Made by a program: the position numbers and the translations under genes. 32,000 nt of DNA from an uncultured archaeon (GTDB lineage: Archaea; Asgardarchaeota; Thorarchaeia; Thorarchaeales; Thorarchaeaceae). Each line of letters starts with the position of its first letter. The stretch's first letter is position 1. Below, one piece after another: positions 19,596-27,630 of this stretch. A model generated the notes under the pieces. That model worked only from the letters and a program-made list of their open reading frames with translations. It ran no database searches and was not told the origin of the DNA. Where the stretch lies: contig CAYHAA010000008.1 of the NCBI GenBank assembly GCA_964354495.1, positions 30,001 through 62,000 on the forward strand, read 5' to 3'.

Positions 19596-20942
19596 CTATC
19601 TGAGTTTCACTTTGCTCTCTATGTAGATTGATTTGCCCGATTTCGTCTTTGGGATGCTCTCCACAATATGGAAGTTCAGAATCCAGTCGCTACACGTGTA
19701 GTTCACTAATTCGCGGATTCTCTCGATGGTATGCTCACCAAAATCAGAACCGGGTACAATGTCAATCTCTATCCGATCCTTGGTTTCTTGCACAACCCGA
19801 TACTTTCTCACCTGTTCTCCGACACGAAAGAAGACATGCTGGAAGAACCATCCATGGACGCGCGAACCATCAGGCATAACAAGTATCGAGACAGTTCTAC
19901 CTATCACTTCCTTGAGCAGAGGTGACCCTCTTCCACAATTGCAGAATTCATCAGATGCAATCACTTGGTCGCCCATGTCATAACGAATAACCGGCATTGC
20001 ATAATTAACAAGACTCGTAGCGAGAACATGTCCTTCTCCACTGGCAACTTGCCTGTCACTCTCATCGACAACCTCCAAGATGCTTCGTTCAGTATCAATG
20101 TGCATATTTCCACATTCATATTCGTATGCACCAATCCCTCCGTCATTAGCGCCATAGCCATCGAAAACTCTTGTTTTGAAGACCCGCTGTAGGGTTTCTC
20201 TGACATCCGGATAGAGCTTCTCAGAGGTCACCAATATCGCCGATACTTCAGGAATCGACAGATTGTGGCCCTCAATGAATCGGGCGAATTCATAGAGAGC
20301 TGAAGGATAGCCTCTAAGAAAAGACGGTTTCCATGAGTTCATCATGTTCACATACTTGAGAAGGTTTCTTGAACTCATCTTAAATGCAGAGGCAAACCGG
20401 ATGTTTCTGGCCAGTTCCGTCAATCTCATCCTAGTCGTAGACTTGATATCTTCAATCAATGAAGAGCCAGCGAGAGTTAGAAGGCGATCCCCAAGTCTAT
20501 ACCCGCTTCCAGACCAACCACGATATAGAAGAGCCCCTGAAAGAAAGCGGTCTTCACGAGATATCCTGTAAGTGAGGGGATTCCCAGTTGTACCACCAGT
20601 CGTACGAACATAATGCCTGACATTAACGCCATGGGGGAAAGTAGATTCCTTATTCCTAAGTAAGTCATCCTTGGTCGTAGGAGGAACCTTCTCGAGGTCT
20701 TTCACTGTCCGTATATCGGATGGGGTCAGACTGTTTTCCTTGAATCGTTGCTTGTAGAACGGAACATGATTGTAGCAGAAGGCAATCATTCTCCTTAGCT
20801 GTCTGTTCTGATCATGCTGAAGAGCCTCTCGAGGCCTCCACTGATTCTTGACTAGAGATTGATATATACCTGTGAAGCCAGGTCTCTGCATCTCATGTGC
20901 AGCTATGAAGATTGCCCGTTCGATGAGACTCATAGAAAACAT
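19596..20942 (-). CDS. CapK-like / phenylacetate-CoA ligase family adenylate-forming (ANL) enzyme
   Basis: YNHVPFYK, LEKVPPTTKDDL, P-loop TTGGTTGNP, FLRGYPSAL, VFDGYG, ATSLVNYAMPVIRYDMGD, VIGR, YRVVQE, IPKTKSGK. Confidence 0.88.
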   Translation of the reverse strand: MFSMSLIERAIFIAAHEMQRPGFTGIYQSLVKNQWRPREALQHDQNRQLRRMIAFCYNHVPFYKQRFKENSLTPSDIRTVKDLEKVPPTTKDDLLRNKESTFPHGVNVRHYVRTTGGTTGNPLTYRISREDRFLSGALLYRGWSGSGYRLGDRLLTLAGSSLIEDIKSTTRMRLTELARNIRFASAFKMSSRNLLKYVNMMNSWKPSFLRGYPSALYEFARFIEGHNLSIPEVSAILVTSEKLYPDVRETLQRVFKTRVFDGYGANDGGIGAYEYECGNMHIDTERSILEVVDESDRQVASGEGHVLATSLVNYAMPVIRYDMGDQVIASDEFCNCGRGSPLLKEVIGRTVSILVMPDGSRVHGWFFQHVFFRVGEQVRKYRVVQETKDRIEIDIVPGSDFGEHTIERIRELVNYTCSDWILNFHIVESIPKTKSGKSIYIESKVKLR

Positions 20943-21064
20943 GACTCTCAGTCAACGCTTAAGAATTCATCTTCACGAGAGCTGAAGTTCATCAATCCAT
21001 GCTTTGTGAGTTGGTTGCTTGATACTCAGCGACACTCATTCCTTCATGGGGGCTAGACACTATA

Positions 21065-22096
21065 CTAAGTCGAATGGGACTGCCAGCCCTCCTTATCACG
21101 AAAGATGACTGATACAATTACCCACAATAGCCCAATCCCAGCGCATGCCAACAGTACTGAAACAGCGATATCATTCAAGCCTCCGTTGCTGCCTGTGATT
21201 CCAGTGCTTCCATTATCTATTGGTGTTGTTGAAGTGCCTGTGCCTGAAAGGAGAAGGTCGGACACTCTATAGAAGACAAGATTCATTGTTTGTGCAGCTT
21301 CTAGAATCGATACTAGTTTCTCCACCGGAGTACCATAGTCGGGAGAGCCATATATAGGAGTGTGTCCATATAAAATAATGACCTCATCAGAGTCATGGGC
21401 TCGCTCCAGTCCTTGGATTATTTCATCAATTGTATTTCCATACTCACTATCAATCCCAACTCCGCGAATCAATGCTTCATTCTGCCACTTGTAGTAGACC
21501 GAATCCAAATCCACTATACGAGTTGTGTTTGATGTATATGCTGTTGACCTGAGGCGTTGAAAATACTTGAGCAGTTCGGTATCAATTAAGGAGTTGCGAG
21601 AACCAAATGGATATGCAAAGGACTTTGGAGGGAGTTCATTCTCAGTCATGAGCTCGATGGCTGGAGCAATTTCCTCATCAATGTAGACTTGGAGAGAGTT
21701 ATTGCTAACAAACTCCACAGCATTCACATATCGGAGCCCTGATACTGCAACTTCGTGTCCCGCATTCTTCATCACTCTGAGTTTTTCAAACTCGCTACTA
21801 GTCAAGTTATTAATGTTGCCAAGGAAAAAAGTTACCTTTGCACTATAGTTGCTCAGTAGGCTCATGATACTATACCATTCATCTACTGCCCAGCCATTGA
21901 AAGTAATAGCAATTCCAGGCAGTCCTGGGGTGACCAGAGCAGTTGATCCATAACAATCGAAAGGCACTCCCGAACAAGTTACGGACTGAGATGGAGAAAC
22001 AACAATCCGGTCTTTACTCCCAAGAAGACCCATTGATATTGAGAGGATCAGGAAAAGAACCATGGCTCCAACAAGAGCATCCTTGTGCATCGACAT
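21065..22096 (-). CDS. Membrane-anchored (N- and C-terminal TM) CE4/NodB polysaccharide-deacetylase homologue, probably catalytically inactive
   Basis: NodB scaffold motifs are recognisable (AKVTFF, GHEV, SFAYPFG, IILYGH). Motif 1 reads TFNG instead of TFDD and motif 2 reads SGLRY instead of H-x3-H. There is a TM helix at each end and a G/T/S-rich linker. Confidence 0.8.
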   Translation of the reverse strand: MSMHKDALVGAMVLFLILSISMGLLGSKDRIVVSPSQSVTCSGVPFDCYGSTALVTPGLPGIAITFNGWAVDEWYSIMSLLSNYSAKVTFFLGNINNLTSSEFEKLRVMKNAGHEVAVSGLRYVNAVEFVSNNSLQVYIDEEIAPAIELMTENELPPKSFAYPFGSRNSLIDTELLKYFQRLRSTAYTSNTTRIVDLDSVYYKWQNEALIRGVGIDSEYGNTIDEIIQGLERAHDSDEVIILYGHTPIYGSPDYGTPVEKLVSILEAAQTMNLVFYRVSDLLLSGTGTSTTPIDNGSTGITGSNGGLNDIAVSVLLACAGIGLLWVIVSVIFRDKEGWQSHST

Positions 22097-22320
22097 TTAC
22101 TTCAGTCCATACCAATTTTGCAGATACACTTTGGGCGCCTTCGTATTTAATGATTTGTCAGAAAACAGTCTGTTGGTATCCTAGTATGTCTTGATGCGGA
22201 TGATCCACGTATATCCAATGGGATGCGAGCTCCGGATTTGTAATAGTAACACGACATCTTTATCTATTCAAGCACTTAACGCAACCATTAGACCTATCGG
22301 AAAAAGGGGCACTTGACACG

Positions 22321-24375
22321 ATGGCAGTGTATACTCCCCTCGATCATCCAACCCGGAGGGGTACTATTCGGAAATCCATCATAACGAGAAAAGAGCTCAT
22401 AGTACTTGTTTTGCTGAGTATAATGTTGAGAATACCCCGAGTTACTGGCATAATTGGAGATGACGCGTTTGTTATTTTGTGGATGGGACGAATACTGAGT
22501 GAAGGGTATTTCGAGAACTATACTCTTTCTCCTTTTTCTCTATTAGGTCTCTATCCCTTTGCTTCCTACCCCCTGGGCATTCCACTAGTAGTTGCCATCA
22601 TGCTAAGACTAGGACTCTCTTTTGAGGTCATCGTTTCTGTGGTTTCAATAACTGCAGGAGTAGTTGGAACAGCGGGTGCGTACGTACTTGGAAGAGAGAT
22701 CTGCGGGACCAATCAAAGACCCTTATTCTTCGCGACCTTCTATTCCTTCAGTTCTGTATTTGTTAATTTCACTTACTTCACGATTACTGCCAGAGGGTCA
22801 TTCCTTGCAGTCCTACCTTGGTTCCTTTTCTATAGTGTCAGATTCATGAGGGGACGAAATGTCAGATACTGGAAACTGACCGATGGTGGACTTATGCTCG
22901 TTCCTGCAGCAACGTTGAGGGATTTAGTAATTGCATCCATACTTCTTGCTGCACTTTTTTTCATTCATGGGCTGGCCGTGTTCATTTCAATCTATATTGC
23001 TGTGTTTATTGGCTACTATATTATAAGAGAAATGCAGAACACTAGGATTGTATGTTGGCTGACTAGAACCCTTGGCGATGTACGTCTTGCTATTTCTGCC
23101 AGTGGGTCTTCCACCATCTCAGATGGTAGACATTCCAGTTTCAGTACTTCTACAGGTTTAGGGCAGAGAGTAAAGAAAAGAATACCCAGCGACTGGCCGT
23201 CATGGTTAATATATATCCTACTTCTCTGCGGAGCCCTTGTCCTCGGAATCATTTTCGTCCCCATAGATCCTTCAAAGACTGCTCCATTTCTCTTCTCAAA
23301 TAGCACGCTCTTCGGTAGGAGCTGGAATCTGATAGTTGACTATGGGATTCTGCTCGGATTTCTGAGCTTATTCCTCCCAATTGGAATTCTTGGTGCTTTT
23401 CAGGAGGACAAAGGAAGTAACAGGAGATTGATACATGTCATTCTGGTTCCGCTGGTCTTGTTCATTCTGCCAATGAGCGTCTATACATCGGTACTCTTTC
23501 TCCCTGTTTTCGGATACTACTCAATTGTAGGATTTGATAAAGTCCGAACCTCCTTCAAGGATAGGTGGCTTGGCCTACTCTCCGTGGTTTTTGTGGCAGT
23601 CTATGTGACGATCTATATGCAGTTTGCAGCAATCCTACCACCCTGGTCACTCGGATTTGTGATGGCAACTATTGTCATTGCGCTTTTGGTTCCAATACTT
23701 GCTTTGCGAAGGTGGAGTATGTATCGCACTACCGTCGGGCATCAGTTAAGAAGGTGGAGAACGTCAGTTGGTCAAGGACCAGTGAATTTCCTTGATTTGC
23801 AAGGAATACGCGTATTCTTCATCTCAGTCATCATCATCTCACTGATAACTTCTGAGGGAATACTCCTCCAAGGCGACTTCAAGTATGTCACTAATGATGA
23901 ACGCTTGATATACGAGTACCTCGGTGAACAGCCTAAACCAGGGATTATCTTCGTGCCAACACCGCCTCTGGGAAGACGATTGGAGGCTTATGGTTTTGAG
24001 GCGGTTCTCTCGTTTAACGGTGACGCCGCGCTCTACTTCGGATGGATTGAACCTTCCAACATAACAGCTAACTCCCGCATGAGTGTATCAAATCTCGTTC
24101 TGCGTGGACGGCTTTTTGTCTATGACGGACCAGATGTTGAGAGACAATTATGGATTCAGCTCTTCAGTCTCGACCTGACCTCACCAGAAGGTCGAGAATC
24201 AGCAGTAGCACTCAGGTTGGAATATGTGATTGTCGAAAAGACTCCAACTGGTTATAGTGATACATTCTACTCAATCTACGGGGACTACTACTCGCAGCTT
24301 CTCTATTCAACTCCTCTGGCATGTAATCGGGTTTTGGACGGAGAGAAGCTGAGTCTATTCCAGATTCCCTCTTGA
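22321..24375 (+). CDS. Polytopic membrane protein, GT-C-like (ArnT/PMT/STT3-fold) putative glycosyltransferase or ligase
   Basis: 684 aa with about 13-15 TM segments. Acidic G-D-D motif (D47,D48) right after TM1, YPFASYPLG in the first external loop, and a ~170-aa soluble C-terminal domain (ERLIYEYL...LEYVIVEK). No WWDYG motif. Confidence 0.6.
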   Translation: MAVYTPLDHPTRRGTIRKSIITRKELIVLVLLSIMLRIPRVTGIIGDDAFVILWMGRILSEGYFENYTLSPFSLLGLYPFASYPLGIPLVVAIMLRLGLSFEVIVSVVSITAGVVGTAGAYVLGREICGTNQRPLFFATFYSFSSVFVNFTYFTITARGSFLAVLPWFLFYSVRFMRGRNVRYWKLTDGGLMLVPAATLRDLVIASILLAALFFIHGLAVFISIYIAVFIGYYIIREMQNTRIVCWLTRTLGDVRLAISASGSSTISDGRHSSFSTSTGLGQRVKKRIPSDWPSWLIYILLLCGALVLGIIFVPIDPSKTAPFLFSNSTLFGRSWNLIVDYGILLGFLSLFLPIGILGAFQEDKGSNRRLIHVILVPLVLFILPMSVYTSVLFLPVFGYYSIVGFDKVRTSFKDRWLGLLSVVFVAVYVTIYMQFAAILPPWSLGFVMATIVIALLVPILALRRWSMYRTTVGHQLRRWRTSVGQGPVNFLDLQGIRVFFISVIIISLITSEGILLQGDFKYVTNDERLIYEYLGEQPKPGIIFVPTPPLGRRLEAYGFEAVLSFNGDAALYFGWIEPSNITANSRMSVSNLVLRGRLFVYDGPDVERQLWIQLFSLDLTSPEGRESAVALRLEYVIVEKTPTGYSDTFYSIYGDYYSQLLYSTPLACNRVLDGEKLSLFQIPS

Positions 24376-24416
24376 TGTCTACTAAGTAGAGATAGTGCTG
24401 ATTGTCATTCTTCTGT

Positions 24417-25484
24417 CTACTGGTACTTTCTCTTTACCGAATCTAGCAGTTCCCTGAAAATGAACTCAACGACGTCAATTTTGCCAGAAAGGAATTTCCT
24501 GCTCCGCTCTCTGAACTGCTCATGCTGAGTCGCCATAATCTCATCTATGGCCCTTCGGATTTGGCCCTCCATCTTCTCTGATGGTATAATATGATAGAGT
24601 AGTCCAGCCGCCTCCTCGGCATCTATAGTACCTGCCATTTGCGTATTCAAGTAGATGGAGGGAGTACCCAGACATGCACACTCTGAGGCCATTGTGGCAC
24701 CTTCTCCGACGTATGCTCTCGCATATGCAAGCATCGAATGCATATCCTCAGGCGCTATCGTCAATGTGTGATACTTAAGATCCGAGCTCACGCCTGATTC
24801 CATAGACAAGACAACCTTGCCATATTTCTGGAGATGCTGAACCAAACCAGGAAGGTCAGCAATCCCTCTCTGACCCCAATCATGAGTAGCTTTCCAAGAT
24901 ACAACTCGCACTACAAAAAAGGTGTCTTCCTCTGTGAGTCCATATTTAGAGAGGACTTTCACATCAGGCTTGAAATACTTGGGCGAGAGATACGCCATCT
25001 TCTGGGATCCATTGTAGCGTATGTGTTTCTTACCGAGGTTTCTTCGGAATACTTCTGGCGTGTAAACCATGCTAGAAAAGAACCTGATAACATACCCTTG
25101 AATGATACTCGCCTCGGTGTCGTCAAAGGTCATACATACTCTGTTTAGAATGCGAGCTACAGGGGCAGCATGGACAGAACCACAACTCAAGAAGGCATGG
25201 GGATTGAATTCCTGTGCTATTCTTAGTAACCTGTGGGTTGTCTTGACCAAGCTCATGGCTCTATCTAGGAGATTCGAGTATTGACCCACTATACGATAGC
25301 CAAACCCATAGGCATCAAGAAGGTCGGTGGCGACATCCTTCTTGCGAGTTGTTATACAGACCTTACCTCCGAATTCTTCTATCCGCCATATGACGTGTTT
25401 CAGCACATGGACGTGTGCTGGATGGCCAATGTCGACAAGAACCCTAAGCGTCATACTCTCATTCCTAGTTATCACTTGTTTCAT
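24417..25484 (-). CDS. DUF354-family protein (GT-B-like putative glycosyltransferase)
   Basis: LVDIGHPAHVH, ITTRKKDVATDLLDAYG, FDDTE, YNGSQKMAYLSPKYFKPD, VRVVSWKATHD, YVGEGATMASECACLGTPSIY. The start may be the second ATG (25454). ATG 25484 overlaps the upstream ORF by 20 nt. Confidence 0.88.
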   Translation of the reverse strand: MKQVITRNESMTLRVLVDIGHPAHVHVLKHVIWRIEEFGGKVCITTRKKDVATDLLDAYGFGYRIVGQYSNLLDRAMSLVKTTHRLLRIAQEFNPHAFLSCGSVHAAPVARILNRVCMTFDDTEASIIQGYVIRFFSSMVYTPEVFRRNLGKKHIRYNGSQKMAYLSPKYFKPDVKVLSKYGLTEEDTFFVVRVVSWKATHDWGQRGIADLPGLVQHLQKYGKVVLSMESGVSSDLKYHTLTIAPEDMHSMLAYARAYVGEGATMASECACLGTPSIYLNTQMAGTIDAEEAAGLLYHIIPSEKMEGQIRRAIDEIMATQHEQFRERSRKFLSGKIDVVEFIFRELLDSVKRKYQ

Positions 25485-26106
25485 TCATAGGTCCGGATAC
25501 CGGTTTCAGCCAATCTTCTCTCCAGAAACAGAAACAAGATCTATCACAATCTCCGTGGGCTTCCCCTGAGCAGAAAGCACCTTCGAGGAGAAACGTCGGC
25601 AATCGTATTCTTCGTAGTTCTCCAGTGGTTTCTAAGACTATCTTCTCAAGTTTCCTAAAGACCTTGAATCTTCGCCCACAATGCTGTTTCATCTCTTTCA
25701 TGAAAGCTAACCCTCGAAGCTTTCCTTCCTCATCTAATGTGTTGAAGATTTCTTCGAATGACTTGACCTCGACCCAGTCCCCAGAACCTATTCTCAGTTC
25801 ACTCTTGCCACTCCCACTACTGCCGTGTTTCGGTTCTTTCCCTCTAAGAGCTCTACTTGCTTTCGTTGGTAGAAGGGCGCTCGATTGGTAGTCTGATGGA
25901 CCAAAGACTCCGAATCTCCATGCGTGCTTCGCCAGAGTGAACCATGGCTCATTAGAGCCCAACTTCTTAGACATGAATCGAAGAGGACCTAAGACTGCAG
26001 TGTGCCAAATCAGGCTTTTCAACTTCCGCCAGAAACTCAAGGTCGTATCTGGTCTTGAAATCCCCAACAAGTTATCGTAGACAAACTGACAGTGGCCTAA
26101 TCCCAT
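25465..26106 (-). CDS. Conserved hypothetical protein with GDWVEVKS...RGL-x-FM domain and Cys/His cluster
   Basis: GDWVEVKSFEEIFNTLDEEGKLRGLAFMKEMKQHCGRRFKV...LEGAFCSGEAHGDCDRSCFCFWREDWL resembles an unnamed family I recall from bacterial exopolysaccharide loci. It is co-directional with and overlaps DUF354. The start codon is uncertain. Confidence 0.7.
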   Translation of the reverse strand: MGLGHCQFVYDNLLGISRPDTTLSFWRKLKSLIWHTAVLGPLRFMSKKLGSNEPWFTLAKHAWRFGVFGPSDYQSSALLPTKASRALRGKEPKHGSSGSGKSELRIGSGDWVEVKSFEEIFNTLDEEGKLRGLAFMKEMKQHCGRRFKVFRKLEKIVLETTGELRRIRLPTFLLEGAFCSGEAHGDCDRSCFCFWREDWLKPVSGPMNETSDN

Positions 26107-26534
26107 TTGATCGCCCTTGCCTTACACAGAACTGACACCTTAGAGGTATCCATAACTCCTAAAATTGATTCTGGTTATCCAATTGTCAATTCTGAGACAT
26201 AGTCCATTGACGAATATCGTATGTTCTTTGCTATATGCATATGTAGAAACACCCAAGGAAATGAAGCAGCTACAGGAAACTGAATGAACTTGAATGATTA
26301 CCATAATGAGCAGTTACACGCAATACAGGAAAGAAACGGAAGAGCGCGTGCCTAACGTAGTCTTCCCTCATTGATTGCTAGGATGTGTTAAAGCATATCT
26401 TGGAGAGATTTGCTATGTCCATATGTAAACACCAATTGTCACTCCACCGAACAAAGGACATATCATTGGGCGTGCAATAGAGGCATCGAGAGATGGCAGG
26501 CTGAGCCAATACTGAATCTGGAGGGTATTGAATA

Positions 26535-27545
26535 ATGAACGAAACTGAGGCTCGAGAAACATCCGAACGACGTAGGCGCCTCAGAAGTGCACCTGTCCGA
26601 TATGCATTTGAAGAGATGAAGTTTCTTAGGTCCTTCAAAGACCTGCGCAATTTTTATGAAAAGGTTAGGATTGTATTTCCGCGCGTCACCAGGACTTTTG
26701 ATAGGTTTCACATGGCGCCACCTGTTCTGCAGATTGAGCCCACCAACTACTGCAATGCCAACTGCATTTGTTGTCCTACTGCCAGGAGTTCGAGAAAGAG
26801 AGGATACATGGACTCTGACCTGTTCTGCAAAATCATTGATGATGCTTCCATGATTGGAGTGAGGGCTGTCTTCTTGTTCCTTCATGGCGAACCAATGCTT
26901 CACCCAGGGATAGTAGAGATGATACGCTACATCAAGCTGAAAGGACTGGCGTATCATATGACAACTAATGGTGTTCCGTTTGACGAGAAGAAAATCAGGG
27001 GAATCCTTGGCTCTGGAACTAACAATGCAGATCACATATCATTTTCGATACTAGGAGCATCAAAAGAAGTTCATGAAAAGATAGTCAGGCCGGTGAGTCA
27101 TGAGAAAGTAGTGGAGAATCTTCACATGCTTCTGAACATGAGGAAAAGCATGAGGGTAAATGGCCCTGTGATTGAAGTCATCTTTCACACGATGCCTGAG
27201 AACAGACATGAGGAGGATGAATTCATCAGGAAATGGCGAGGGGTTCTGGATCATGTAAGGATGAGCGGTGATATATCACAGTCATTTTCAGAGTACAAGA
27301 GAGAGCGTCCATTTCCTGTGGTCAGAACCAGAAAATGCCTGAACCTCTGGCAGAAGATGACGATCCTCTGGAATGGGGACGTCACATTATGCTGCGAAGA
27401 TGTGGATGGAGATTGGATTTTCGGTAACTTGAATGAACAGACAATCAGCGAAGTCTGGAACGACAAGAAGTTGTTGGCCATAAAGAGTATCCATAAGAAG
27501 AGGCAATTTGACAAGATTCCCTTTTGCTATTCATGTGACATGTGA
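26535..27545 (+). CDS. Radical SAM enzyme with C-terminal SPASM/Twitch domain
   Basis: IEPTNYCNANCICCP (C73-x3-C77-x2-C80), LHGEPMLHP, MTTNG. C-terminal C(27336)...CCED(27390)...FGNLNEQTISEVWN...CYSC(27525-27536). SD GGAGGGT at 26520-26526. Confidence 0.93.
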   Translation: MNETEARETSERRRRLRSAPVRYAFEEMKFLRSFKDLRNFYEKVRIVFPRVTRTFDRFHMAPPVLQIEPTNYCNANCICCPTARSSRKRGYMDSDLFCKIIDDASMIGVRAVFLFLHGEPMLHPGIVEMIRYIKLKGLAYHMTTNGVPFDEKKIRGILGSGTNNADHISFSILGASKEVHEKIVRPVSHEKVVENLHMLLNMRKSMRVNGPVIEVIFHTMPENRHEEDEFIRKWRGVLDHVRMSGDISQSFSEYKRERPFPVVRTRKCLNLWQKMTILWNGDVTLCCEDVDGDWIFGNLNEQTISEVWNDKKLLAIKSIHKKRQFDKIPFCYSCDM

Positions 27546-27630
27546 TAGCAGGGGACAACACACCAAAGGTTGTTCTCGAGATGATGAGCCTGTTTCGGCA
27601 AACATACGTACAGATACTTTTTCTAATTCA

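Noticed and set aside
22321-24375. Calling the polytopic protein AglB/STT3
   Set aside because: The WWDYG and DK/MI motifs are absent.
26233-26242. ATATGCATAT palindrome in the divergent spacer
   Set aside because: A 10-bp AT-rich palindrome with no second copy seen; plausible by chance.
26463-27035. 190-aa minus-strand ORF overlapping the radical SAM gene
   Set aside because: It is antisense to a gene with clear catalytic motifs and has no recognisable features.
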